Source: an uncultured Pelagibacteraceae bacterium (GTDB lineage: Bacteria > Pseudomonadota > Alphaproteobacteria > Pelagibacterales > Pelagibacteraceae). Taken from it: 64,000 nucleotides of DNA. Shown in pieces: positions 1 through 8,798 of this stretch (position 1 is its first letter; every line of letters begins with the position of its first letter). Made by a program: the position numbers and the translations under genes. The notes below the pieces were generated by a model. It did not search any database. It was not told where the DNA came from and saw nothing but the letters and a program-made list of their open reading frames with translations. Location of the stretch: assembly GCA_902580445.1 (NCBI GenBank), contig CACHKQ010000003.1:27457-91456 (forward strand), read 5' to 3'.

Positions 1-903
1 CTTCTTGTTGGTATAGGTTTAGGGGGAGCAGCAGGAACAATTTTAGCCCCAGTAGTAACAAAACATTTTCCAAATCAAAGCAGAGGTAAAGCCGCTGGTT
101 ATGTAACTGCTTTTGGTGGATTAGGAATGTTTATTTTTCCTATTCTTACAAAGTATTTAATGGTTGAGGTTGGTTGGCAAAGCACTTTTACAGTGTTTGC
201 TATAATTTTATTTATAATGTGTATTCCCGGATTATTTTTAAAAAAACCTGATGGCCAAAATGAAGATGTCACTTTAAAAAAAGAGCCTGAAAAAAGTGAT
301 AGTGTTATAAAAGTTTTAAAAGAATCTTTCGCACACAAAGGTTTTAGATTGTTAGTTTTAGGTTTTTTTGTTTGTGGATTTCAAATCACATTAGTTGCTA
401 CTCATGTTCCAAGATATGTTCAGGATAGAGGACTTGATGACTGGACAGGTTTTGCAATTTTATCGTTAATAGGTTTGTTTAACATAATAGGTGTTTTGAT
501 CATGGGTTATTTGAGCGATAAGTATAGTAAAAAAATGCTCTTAGCTGGACTATATTTTTTTAGGGCAATATCAATAATGTTATTTATATTTTTACCTCCA
601 TCAAATATTTCTGCTATAGTTTTTGGAATAACTTTTGGCCTTTTATGGTTAGCAACAGTTCCCGCAACGAATGGTATTGTTGCTCAAGTATTTGGGGCAA
701 AAAACTTATCAATGTTATTTGGTATAGTTTTCCTTAATCATCAAATAGGATCTTTTTTAGGGGCCTACTTAGGAGGAGTGTTTTATGATATGTTTGGTAA
801 TTATGACTACGCATGGTATTTGGCTATTATTTTATCTTTTGTCGCAACTTTACTTCACCTTCCAATTGATGAGAAACCAATAAGAAAAGAAGCAACAATC
901 TAA
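1..903 (+). CDS. MFS transporter, 5'-truncated by the window edge (oxalate/formate antiporter-like)
   Basis: Frame 1 is open from base 1 (LLVGIGLGGAAGTILAP...) into the listed 127..903 ORF. It has a series of hydrophobic TM segments typical of the C-terminal half of an MFS protein. Confidence 0.8.
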   Translation, partial: LLVGIGLGGAAGTILAPVVTKHFPNQSRGKAAGYVTAFGGLGMFIFPILTKYLMVEVGWQSTFTVFAIILFIMCIPGLFLKKPDGQNEDVTLKKEPEKSDSVIKVLKESFAHKGFRLLVLGFFVCGFQITLVATHVPRYVQDRGLDDWTGFAILSLIGLFNIIGVLIMGYLSDKYSKKMLLAGLYFFRAISIMLFIFLPPSNISAIVFGITFGLLWLATVPATNGIVAQVFGAKNLSMLFGIVFLNHQIGSFLGAYLGGVFYDMFGNYDYAWYLAIILSFVATLLHLPIDEKPIRKEATI

Positions 904-972
904 AGTTGTGGATTACTTTTTTAATTGTCAAATTTAAAATTTAAATTACAGTAAAGACTCAGGAGGAAAATT

Positions 973-1638
973 ATGTTTTCAAAACAATTAAATAAAAAAC
1001 TAGACAAGTATCACCTATTAAACCATCCATTTTATAAATCATGGAATGATGGAAAATTAACAAGAGAAATTATCAAAGATTATGCTGAACAGTATTATCA
1101 ACATGTGAAAGCTTTTCCAAGATATATAAGTGCAACACATTCCATTTGTGAAGATATTGAAAAAAGAAAAATTTTATTAGAAAATTTGCAAGATGAGGAA
1201 AACCCAAATGGGGACCATCCAAAGTTATGGAAAAACTTTGCATTGAGCGTTGGTGCAGACAAAAATAAAATAGAAAAAGCAAAACAGGAGTCTTTTACTA
1301 AAAGAATGATAGATAATTTCTTTAAACAAGGTAGAAAATCATATGCAGAAGGTCTTGCCTCCTTGTATACTTACGAAAGACAAATACCTGAAATTGCAGA
1401 TACAAAAATCAGAGGGCTAAAAAAATATTATGGTGTAAGCACGAAAAAAGGTCTTGAGTTTTTTGAGGCTCACAAAGCTGCAGATGTTCTTCATAGAAAA
1501 GCATGTGAAAAATTGTTAGATGGTCTTTCTAAGAAAGAGCAAAAGAAAGCTGAAAAAGCAGCTTTATCAACCGCAAAATATCTTTGGAATTTTTTAAGTG
1601 GCATGGTTGATAAACACAGTCTTAAGTTGGCTGCTTAA
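973..1638 (+). CDS. CADD-type heme-oxygenase-like diiron protein (TenA/Thi-4/PqqC superfamily); candidate pABA synthase
   Basis: Motifs HPFYKSW, YYQHVKAFPRYISATHS, LQDEENPNGDHPKLW, LYTYERQIPEIADTKIRGL and EAHKAADVLH match my recollection of Chlamydia CT610/CADD, including the E/H/E/H/D/H metal ligands. A GGAGG sequence lies 8 nt upstream of the ATG. Confidence 0.7.
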   Translation: MFSKQLNKKLDKYHLLNHPFYKSWNDGKLTREIIKDYAEQYYQHVKAFPRYISATHSICEDIEKRKILLENLQDEENPNGDHPKLWKNFALSVGADKNKIEKAKQESFTKRMIDNFFKQGRKSYAEGLASLYTYERQIPEIADTKIRGLKKYYGVSTKKGLEFFEAHKAADVLHRKACEKLLDGLSKKEQKKAEKAALSTAKYLWNFLSGMVDKHSLKLAA

Positions 1639-1679
1639 TAAATTTGAAAATCAATAAACAATAATATATCAAGCTTCTA

Positions 1680-2057
1680 ATGGATAAGATTAGTTCCAAT
1701 AGAAGCTTTGGTATACTTTTTAGTATTGTCTTTGCAATAATAGCCTTTTGGCCAATTATTAGTGGAGACCCATTAAGATTATGGTCTATACCAATCTCAA
1801 TTATTTTTTTAATTCTAGGTTTACTTAACTCAAAAATTTTAAATCCATTAAATATAGTTTGGGTAAAATTTGGTGAGCTACTCGGAAGAATTATTGCCCC
1901 CTTAATAATGGCTTTAATATATTTTTTAATCGTTACACCAATAGGATTATTTATGCGTTTAATTGGAAAAGACTTATTAAATTTAAAGTTTTCAAAATCA
2001 AATACCTATTGGATTAAAAGAGAAAAAAAAGTTGGTTCTATGAAAAAACAATTTTAA
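1680..2057 (+). CDS. SxtJ-family small membrane protein
   Basis: 125 aa with about 3 TM helices and a C-terminal pattern of LNLKFSKSNTYWIKRE. It sits directly upstream of a carbamoyltransferase, as the SxtJ family typically does. Confidence 0.6.
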   Translation: MDKISSNRSFGILFSIVFAIIAFWPIISGDPLRLWSIPISIIFLILGLLNSKILNPLNIVWVKFGELLGRIIAPLIMALIYFLIVTPIGLFMRLIGKDLLNLKFSKSNTYWIKREKKVGSMKKQF

Positions 2058-2209
2058 TGATTAGTTTTTTAAAAGAATTTTGGGAATTTTTAAGAGAAAG
2101 AAAAAAATATTGGTTACTACCAATACTTATTGTTCTAGCTTTCTTTGGTATAATTATTGTTCTCAGTCAAGGATCAGCTGTAGCTCCATTTATATACACA
2201 ATTTTCTAG
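2057..2209 (+). CDS. DUF5989/SxtK-like 50-aa single-TM protein (not in the ORF track)
   Basis: The ATG overlaps the upstream stop (TAATG at 2055..2059). Translation is MISFLKEFWEFLRERKKYWLLPILIVLAFFGIIIVLSQGSAVAPFIYTIF. Its TAG stop abuts the ATG of the carbamoyltransferase at 2210. Confidence 0.6.
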   Translation: MISFLKEFWEFLRERKKYWLLPILIVLAFFGIIIVLSQGSAVAPFIYTIF

Positions 2210-4051
2210 ATGTCAAAAATTTTAGGTATTTCAGCATTTTATCATGATAGTGCAGCAGCGTTAGTTATTAACGGGAAAATTATTTCTGCAGCTCAAGAAG
2301 AAAGATTTTCAAGAATTAAACATGATCCAAAATATCCATATAATGCAATTGAATTTGTTTTGAAAAACTCAAATTTGAAGCTCAGTCAGATCGATCATAT
2401 AGTTTTCTTTGAAAAACCTTTTTTAAAGTTTGAAAGATTACTTGAAACATATTTAGCATTTGCACCAAAGGGCTTTAAGTCTTTTTCAATGTCAATGCCA
2501 ATCTGGTTAAGAGAGAAACTTTTCCAAAAAAAACTATTATTTGATAAATTGAAAAATCACGATGCAAATTTTAATGATATAGAAAAAATTAACTTTTCAG
2601 AACATCACTATAGTCATGCAGCTAGTGCTTTTTATCCTTCTCCTTTTAAAGATGCAGTTATAATAACTTTGGATGGGGTAGGAGAGTGGGCAACAACAAC
2701 AGTGGCAGTTGGGAAAGATAATAAAATAGAAATGTTAAAAGAAATCTATTTTCCACATTCTATAGGTCTTCTCTATTCTGCATTTACATATTACCTTGGT
2801 TTTAAAGTAAATAGTGGAGAGTATAAAGTTATGGGTTTAGCACCGTATGGTAAGCCAAAATACAAAGATCTTATTATTAAAAAATTAATCGACTTAAAAG
2901 ATGATGGTTCATTTAGACTTAACATGAAATATTTTAACTATGCAACTGGTTTGACTATGACAAATAAAAATTTTTCAAATTTGTTTGCACAGAAAGCAAG
3001 AGAGCCAGAAAAAGAATTATTAACACAATTTCATATGGATATTGCTGCATCTATACAAGCTGTTACTGAAGAAATTGTTTTAAAATTAACCAAATCTATT
3101 GCTCAAGAAACACAAATAAAGAACTTATGCATGGCAGGAGGGGTTGCTTTGAATTGTGTTGCTAATGGGAAAATTCTAAAAAATAATATTTTTGAAAATA
3201 TATGGATGCAACCTGCTTCTGGAGATGCAGGCGGCTCATTAGGAGCCGCTCTAGCTTTTTGGTATCACGAATTAGGAGAAAAAAGGTCAATACCATCTGA
3301 TCTCGACGATATGAAAGGTTCTTATCTTGGTCCATCTTTCAAAAATGATCACATAGAAAAAACATTAATATCTCTTGGCGCAAACTTTAGAAAATATGAT
3401 GAAAAAAATTTAATTAATTTAGTTGTCGAGGAACTAAAAAATGAAAAAACTATTGGCTGGTTCCAAGGAAGAATGGAGTTTGGACCTAGAGCATTAGGTG
3501 CACGATCTATTATTGCTGACCCCAGATCTGATAAAATGCAAAAAGAACTAAATTTAAAAGTTAAATTTAGAGAAAGTTTTAGACCTTTTGCACCATCAAT
3601 TTTAAGAGAAGATGTAAATGATTGGTTTGATATTAATACAGACAGCCCATATATGCTTTTAGTTGCAGATATAAAAAAAAATATTCAAATTAAAATGAAT
3701 AAAGAAGACAAGAAACTTTTTGGTATAGAAAAATTAAATATAAAAAGATCCTCAATTCCAGCTGTAACTCACGTGGACTATTCTGCCCGAATACAAACGG
3801 TTCATGAAGAGACAAATCCCAAATATTATAAACTTTTAAAAAAATTCAAAGAAATTACCGGATGTCCAATATTAGTTAACACATCATTCAATGTTAGAGG
3901 CGAGCCAATTGTATGTTCGGTTGAAGATTCTTTTAGGTGTTTCATGGGAACAAATCTTGATATTTTAGTTTGTGAAAATTTTATTTTATTTAAAAAAGAA
4001 CAAGATAAAAAACTTTTAAAAGATTACAAAAATAAATTTGAAAAAGATTAG
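2210..4051 (+). CDS. Carbamoyltransferase, NodU/CmcH/SxtI family
   Basis: N-terminus ILGISAFYHDSAAALVINGKIISAAQEERFSRIKHD, 613 aa, with the C-terminal motif VNTSFNVRGEPIV. Confidence 0.9.
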   Translation: MSKILGISAFYHDSAAALVINGKIISAAQEERFSRIKHDPKYPYNAIEFVLKNSNLKLSQIDHIVFFEKPFLKFERLLETYLAFAPKGFKSFSMSMPIWLREKLFQKKLLFDKLKNHDANFNDIEKINFSEHHYSHAASAFYPSPFKDAVIITLDGVGEWATTTVAVGKDNKIEMLKEIYFPHSIGLLYSAFTYYLGFKVNSGEYKVMGLAPYGKPKYKDLIIKKLIDLKDDGSFRLNMKYFNYATGLTMTNKNFSNLFAQKAREPEKELLTQFHMDIAASIQAVTEEIVLKLTKSIAQETQIKNLCMAGGVALNCVANGKILKNNIFENIWMQPASGDAGGSLGAALAFWYHELGEKRSIPSDLDDMKGSYLGPSFKNDHIEKTLISLGANFRKYDEKNLINLVVEELKNEKTIGWFQGRMEFGPRALGARSIIADPRSDKMQKELNLKVKFRESFRPFAPSILREDVNDWFDINTDSPYMLLVADIKKNIQIKMNKEDKKLFGIEKLNIKRSSIPAVTHVDYSARIQTVHEETNPKYYKLLKKFKEITGCPILVNTSFNVRGEPIVCSVEDSFRCFMGTNLDILVCENFILFKKEQDKKLLKDYKNKFEKD

Positions 4052-4860
4052 TTCAAATTAAGAACTGTTGCTGGATCTAATCTAGTTCCAAACCAGTTTA
4101 ATCTAACATCAAGATGTGGCCCAGTTGATCTACCTGTAGATCCCACCGTTCCAATTATTTCACCTTGTTTAACTTCTTGGCCATTTTTTACATAAATATC
4201 TTTTAAATGCATGTATAATGTTGAGACGCCGTGACCATGATCAAAAATTAAAGTTCCACCTGTATAAAACAAATCTGGTTCAACCATAGTTGCTTTACCA
4301 TCCAACATGGCTTTTATTTTTGTTCCTTCTTTCGCCGCAAAGTCTATTCCGTAATGAGGCCATTTAGGTTTTCCATTTAGTATTCTTTGACTTCCGTACA
4401 CACCAGTTACTATTGCTTTATCAAGAGGATTAATAAATTTTTTTTTAAAAAAAGTTAAATTGCTTTCAATTGCTCTTGCTTTTCCGATTATTCTATTTTC
4501 CCTTTTAATCCTTTCATAAACCTCTTTAGGTGGCGTAACCTTCTTTTCTTGCAATCCATCGATTCTTTGAATTTTATACTCTCTTTTTAAAATTTTTTTT
4601 ACTATTTTTTCTTTACTACCTTTAAATTCTTTTGTAATTGTTATATCGAATTTTCTATCTCTACCAATTCCAAAAACGAAATAACCATCATCAGTAATTT
4701 TAACTTTTTTTTTATCAATCCAGATTTTAGAATCAGGATGCGTCTTTCCCAAAATAAAATGACCTTGAATAAATTTGCCTTGAAATTCGAGAGCAAAAAC
4801 GTTGCTAGATATAAGTAACGTTGTTAAAAAAACAATATTTTTAAGGTTCATTTTAAACAT
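4048..4860 (-). CDS. M23/LytM family metallopeptidase (secreted)
   Basis: N-terminal signal peptide. The C-terminal LytM domain carries HYGIDFAA, GSTGRSTGPHLDVRL and DHGHGVSTLYMH. Confidence 0.85.
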   Translation of the reverse strand: MFKMNLKNIVFLTTLLISSNVFALEFQGKFIQGHFILGKTHPDSKIWIDKKKVKITDDGYFVFGIGRDRKFDITITKEFKGSKEKIVKKILKREYKIQRIDGLQEKKVTPPKEVYERIKRENRIIGKARAIESNLTFFKKKFINPLDKAIVTGVYGSQRILNGKPKWPHYGIDFAAKEGTKIKAMLDGKATMVEPDLFYTGGTLIFDHGHGVSTLYMHLKDIYVKNGQEVKQGEIIGTVGSTGRSTGPHLDVRLNWFGTRLDPATVLNLN

Positions 4861-4922
4861 TTAATTTGAATAGTATAAACTTCGTACTATAGTTCTGAAT
4901 AATAAAAAAACAAAAAAATTCA

Positions 4923-5906
4923 ATGAGAAAAGTAGCTTTAATAACTGGTATAACTGGACAAGACGGCTCATATCTCGCAGAATTTTTAATTAAAAAAAAA
5001 TATCAAGTACATGGGATTGTTAGAAGAGTAGCTTTAGAGGATAGAAGTCATAGGTTATGGAGAATAAAACATATATTAAAAAAAATTCACATACATGCAG
5101 CTTCTCTCGAAAGTTATGCAAGTTTAGTAAAGATAATCCAAAAAATTAAGCCAACCGAAATATACCATTTAGCAGCACAAAGTTATGTGGATTATTCTTT
5201 TAGAGATGAATTTTCCACATTAAACACAAATATAAATGGAACACATTATTTACTATCTGCAGTTAAAGATTTTTCCCCTAAAACAAAATTTTATTTTGCT
5301 GGGTCATCGGAAATGTTTGGAAAAGTTCAACAAGTGCCGCAAAATGAAAAGACACCATTCTACCCAAGGTCTGCATATGGAATATCGAAAGTTACTGGTC
5401 ATGATTTAACTAGAAATTATAGAGAAGCATACAATCTATTTTGCTGTACAGGTATTTTATTTAACCATGAGTCTCCACGAAGAGGCTTTGAATTCGTTAC
5501 AAGAAAGATTTCACATGGAGTTGCAAAAATAAAACTTGGAATGGAAAAAAAATTAATTCTTGGAAATTTAGATGCAAAAAGAGACTGGGGACATGCTAAG
5601 GATTATGTAGAAGCAATGTGGAAAATGTTACAAAAAAAAAGACCAGATGACTTTGTTGTTTCAACTGGAAAACAACACTCAGTAAGAGAATTTGCAAAAT
5701 TAGCTTTCGCTTTCGCTGGTTTAGATTATAAAAAACATGTATTTGTGGATAAAAATCTTTTCAGACCAGCAGAAGTTAATACACTTTTAGGAAATTATTC
5801 TAAAGCAAGAAGAATTTTAAAATGGAAACCCAGGATATCATTTAAACTTCTTGTTAAAGACATGGTTGAATCTGATATTAAATCAATAATTAAGTCTGGT
5901 TATTAG
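4923..5906 (+). CDS. gmd: GDP-mannose 4,6-dehydratase
   Basis: KVALITGITGQDGSYLAEFLIKKKYQVHGIVRR, the YGISK catalytic motif, and LFNHESPRRG. Confidence 0.9.
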   Translation: MRKVALITGITGQDGSYLAEFLIKKKYQVHGIVRRVALEDRSHRLWRIKHILKKIHIHAASLESYASLVKIIQKIKPTEIYHLAAQSYVDYSFRDEFSTLNTNINGTHYLLSAVKDFSPKTKFYFAGSSEMFGKVQQVPQNEKTPFYPRSAYGISKVTGHDLTRNYREAYNLFCCTGILFNHESPRRGFEFVTRKISHGVAKIKLGMEKKLILGNLDAKRDWGHAKDYVEAMWKMLQKKRPDDFVVSTGKQHSVREFAKLAFAFAGLDYKKHVFVDKNLFRPAEVNTLLGNYSKARRILKWKPRISFKLLVKDMVESDIKSIIKSGY

Positions 5907-5932
5907 AATAAAAATTTGTAATAATAAATTTA

Positions 5933-7273
5933 ATGAAAAGCCAAAATAGAACTGAAATTCCAAACTCGTTACATGAACATTGGATGCCTTTCACTTCAAA
6001 CAAGGATTTTAAAAAAGATCCAAGACTTATAACTGAAGCTAAAGGGGTTTATTTAAAAGACCATAAGGGAAGAACACAAATTGATGCTAGCTCAGGATTA
6101 TTTTGTAATCCGTTAGGCCATGGTAGAAAAGAAATTATAGAGGCTATTACCAAACAACTCGAAACCCTTGATTATGTTCAGCCATTTCAACAAGGATTTG
6201 GCGGATCATTTGAATTAGCTACAAAAATTGCTAAACATACTCCAGGAAACCTAAATCAAATATTTTATACAATTTGTGGTTCTACTGCAGTTGAAACTGC
6301 ACTTAAGATTTGTATTGCATACCATAAAGCTAGAGGACATGGACAAAGATTTAGATTTGTTGGCAGGGAAAGAGCTTATCACGGAATGAACATTGGCGCT
6401 ACTTCAGTAGGTGGAATGATAAATAATGTTAAAACTTTTGCGAGCATACTTATGCCAGGCGTAGTTCATATGAGACACACCCATCTTCCAGAACATAAAT
6501 TTGTTAAAGGCCAACCTGAAACAGGTAAAGAACTAGCTGATGATTTAGATAGAATTGCTTTAAACTTTGGATCTGAAAATATAGCTGCTTGTATAGTCGA
6601 ACCAATTTCTGGATCAACAGGAACTTTGGTACCACCAAAAGGATATCTAAAAAGATTAAGAGAAATTTGTGATAAGCATGACATATTGCTTATCTTTGAT
6701 GAAGTAATAACTGGTTGGGGAAGAACAGGTTCCTCTTTTGCAGCCAAAGAGTATGGAGTGACTCCTGATTTAATGACTATGGCAAAGGCAACCACAAACG
6801 GAATTGTTCCTATGGGAGTGGTTGCAGTGAAAGAAGAAATTTATGATACCATTATTAATGCATCTCCAGATGGAGTTATAGAGCTCTTTCATGGTTATAC
6901 CTACTCCGGGATACCTGTAGCAGTTGCGGCTGCATTGGCAGTTCAAGATATTTTTGAAAAAGAGGATATTTTTAAAAGAGCAAAAAATCTTTCATCTTAT
7001 TTTTTAGACGGTTTATTTTCTTTAAAAGATATCGATTGCATAGAAAATATAAGAGGATACGGGTTGATGGGTGGTATTGATATAAAAAAATCTGATAGAC
7101 CAGGAAAAGCAGGTTTTTTAACATATAAAAAATGTTATGAAGCAGGAGTAAATTTTAAAGCAACAGGCGATTGCCTTATAATAGCACCCCCATTTATTTC
7201 AGAAAAAAAACATATAGATGAAATGATAGATAAATTAAGACAGGGAATTACCGCCTATTCAAAACTAAAGTAG
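5933..7273 (+). CDS. Class III (omega) aminotransferase, beta-alanine/taurine-pyruvate transaminase-like
   Basis: HWMPFTSNKDFKKDPRL near the N-terminus, ILLIFDEVITGWGRTG, and the PLP-lysine context MTMAKATTNG. Confidence 0.85.
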   Translation: MKSQNRTEIPNSLHEHWMPFTSNKDFKKDPRLITEAKGVYLKDHKGRTQIDASSGLFCNPLGHGRKEIIEAITKQLETLDYVQPFQQGFGGSFELATKIAKHTPGNLNQIFYTICGSTAVETALKICIAYHKARGHGQRFRFVGRERAYHGMNIGATSVGGMINNVKTFASILMPGVVHMRHTHLPEHKFVKGQPETGKELADDLDRIALNFGSENIAACIVEPISGSTGTLVPPKGYLKRLREICDKHDILLIFDEVITGWGRTGSSFAAKEYGVTPDLMTMAKATTNGIVPMGVVAVKEEIYDTIINASPDGVIELFHGYTYSGIPVAVAAALAVQDIFEKEDIFKRAKNLSSYFLDGLFSLKDIDCIENIRGYGLMGGIDIKKSDRPGKAGFLTYKKCYEAGVNFKATGDCLIIAPPFISEKKHIDEMIDKLRQGITAYSKLK

Positions 7274-7392
7274 TTTAATAAATTTCAATTAAGAGTTTAA
7301 TCAACCCAATTTGAACATAATATTTAATTAAAAAAACTTTAGATTTTAAAAAGATACTTTATTTTTTCTTATTTAAGTGGTGTACTTTAATT

Positions 7393-7578
7393 ATGAGATA
7401 TGGAAGAGACGAACAAGTAAATCAAGAAGAAACTTTTAAAGTAAGCCAAAAAGTTGATCTTAATGATTTAATGAAAAAAGTTAGAGATCAAGAAAAAAAG
7501 TCTAAGAGAGCAAGCGTTTATCTATCCGCGCTAGCAATTTCTGCATTTGCAGTTTTTGGTATAATTCTAACATTATAA
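7393..7578 (+). CDS. Hypothetical small tail-anchored membrane protein
   Basis: 61-aa ORF with a charged N-terminal part and a single C-terminal TM segment (VYLSALAISAFAVFGIILTL). I recognise no family. Confidence 0.35.
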   Translation: MRYGRDEQVNQEETFKVSQKVDLNDLMKKVRDQEKKSKRASVYLSALAISAFAVFGIILTL

Positions 7579-7581
7579 AGT

Positions 7582-8547
7582 TTATTTTATTAATCCATTT
7601 ATAATAATAAAGGAAAAATCACTTAATATTTTAATTTTGTGCTTCATCCAGTCTGGTGTTAACATTGGATTGAAAGTTGTTTGGTCTAAAATTAATGAAT
7701 ATCTTTTTGATTTTTGATCTTTTTGCAAAACCTTCATTCTTACAAACTTATCTAATTTTCTAATACATGTCGCTCTAGGTATTCCCGTAATATCAGAAAC
7801 AGAGGTGGCACTAATATCAGAATTAAATTCACTTATATTTTTTAAATTTTTTTGACTATCCAATATAAAATTAAAATTATTAAAATTTCTTTTTATAGAA
7901 TTTAAAGTTAATATTAAAACCTGAACTCCGATTAAAAGCATTTCAAGATCCTTAAGTTTATCTTGCCAAAATTTTATATATTCAAGCTGAACATTTAAAA
8001 AATGATACCAATAGAATGAATAATTATTTTTAATCTCTCTTTCAATTTTAGATAATGGCAATTGTAAAGAAAGCATTTTTGATTGTTCAAAAATAAATTT
8101 TGATAAAGAATTTATTTCTTCATCAATTATTTTTAAATAAGTTTCTTTTTGTGGGAAATCTGGTTCCCAATAAAGCTTATTTCTATCTCCTTTTTTTAAA
8201 TGTTTTTTTTTAATTAATGAAATAATTTTTCTTCTAGTAGTTTCCTTTGGCAAACCCGTTTGTTGAGATACTAAAATTATTTTCTTCTTTTCTTGGATAA
8301 TATTTTTATGATTATTCCAGAAGTTATCTAGCGAAAGATCAAAATTAAGATCTATTTCCCTTTTCCTTAATATTTCAAGGTGACAATCTCTTGCAAAAAA
8401 AATAACAATATTTCCTCCCTCTAGATCACCATAACGTTTATATATCCCAGAAAGAAAAGAACTTTCCATTTCGTAAAAAGTCGGCATAAGCTTAACAAAA
8501 TTATCTGTTAGGTTTTTTTGAATTAATTTATTTTCAAGATGTTTCAT
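7582..8547 (-). CDS. Hypothetical protein with two winged-helix (MarR-like) HTH modules
   Basis: Two HTH-like segments are visible: VSQQTGLPKETTRRKIISLIKKKHLKK and VSDITGIPRATCIRKLDKFVRMKVLQK. Each is followed by a K/R-rich wing. Confidence 0.5.
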   Translation of the reverse strand: MKHLENKLIQKNLTDNFVKLMPTFYEMESSFLSGIYKRYGDLEGGNIVIFFARDCHLEILRKREIDLNFDLSLDNFWNNHKNIIQEKKKIILVSQQTGLPKETTRRKIISLIKKKHLKKGDRNKLYWEPDFPQKETYLKIIDEEINSLSKFIFEQSKMLSLQLPLSKIEREIKNNYSFYWYHFLNVQLEYIKFWQDKLKDLEMLLIGVQVLILTLNSIKRNFNNFNFILDSQKNLKNISEFNSDISATSVSDITGIPRATCIRKLDKFVRMKVLQKDQKSKRYSLILDQTTFNPMLTPDWMKHKIKILSDFSFIIINGLIK

Positions 8548-8720
8548 TGTCTTTTTTAAATAATTAAAAAAAATAATTGTTCATTTTGGGTTGATAAAAA
8601 CAATTTTGTATTTTAAAGTCAACTAGAAAAATGTTTACTTTAAAAATTAAGAATATGTAATGTTTTGATCTCTAGTTTAAGATTAGAATTATTCGTGTTA
8701 TAAGGTATAAAATTATATTA

Positions 8721-8797
8721 GGCGGGGTAGCTCAGTTGGTTAGAGCACAGGACTCATAAGCCTGGGGTCGGTGGTTCGAATCCACTCCCCGCTACCA
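8721..8797 (+). tRNA. tRNA with CAT anticodon (elongator Met-like; Ile2/lysidine not excluded)
   Basis: Cloverleaf folded by hand. The acceptor stem is GGCGGGG/CCCCGCT (G1-U72), the D-arm GTAGCTCAGTTGGTTAGAGCA resembles E. coli tRNA-Met(m), the anticodon loop is CTCATAA, the T-loop is TTCGAAT, and CCA is encoded. One A31-G39 mismatch is noted. Confidence 0.9.
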
Positions 8798-8798
8798 T

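Noticed and set aside
973-1638. Idea that the PqqC-superfamily gene supplies PQQ for the quinoprotein at 59314
   Set aside because: The motif pattern matches CADD rather than PqqC. No pqqA/B/D/E genes are nearby and the two genes are 58 kb apart.
4048-4051. Overlapping convergent stop codons (TTAG), plus many ATGA/TAATG gene junctions
   Set aside because: These are real but are a generic consequence of genome streamlining, not a specific system.
6466-6795. Assorted short ORFs nested in annotated genes (for example 6466..6795, 14291..14599, 15924..16226, 16520..16813, 24296..24487, 33531..33761, 42926..43204, 58454..58642)
   Set aside because: All are embedded in or antisense to well-supported CDS and have no motifs. 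The one at 58454..58642 is merely the reverse reading of the ZnuA His-repeat.
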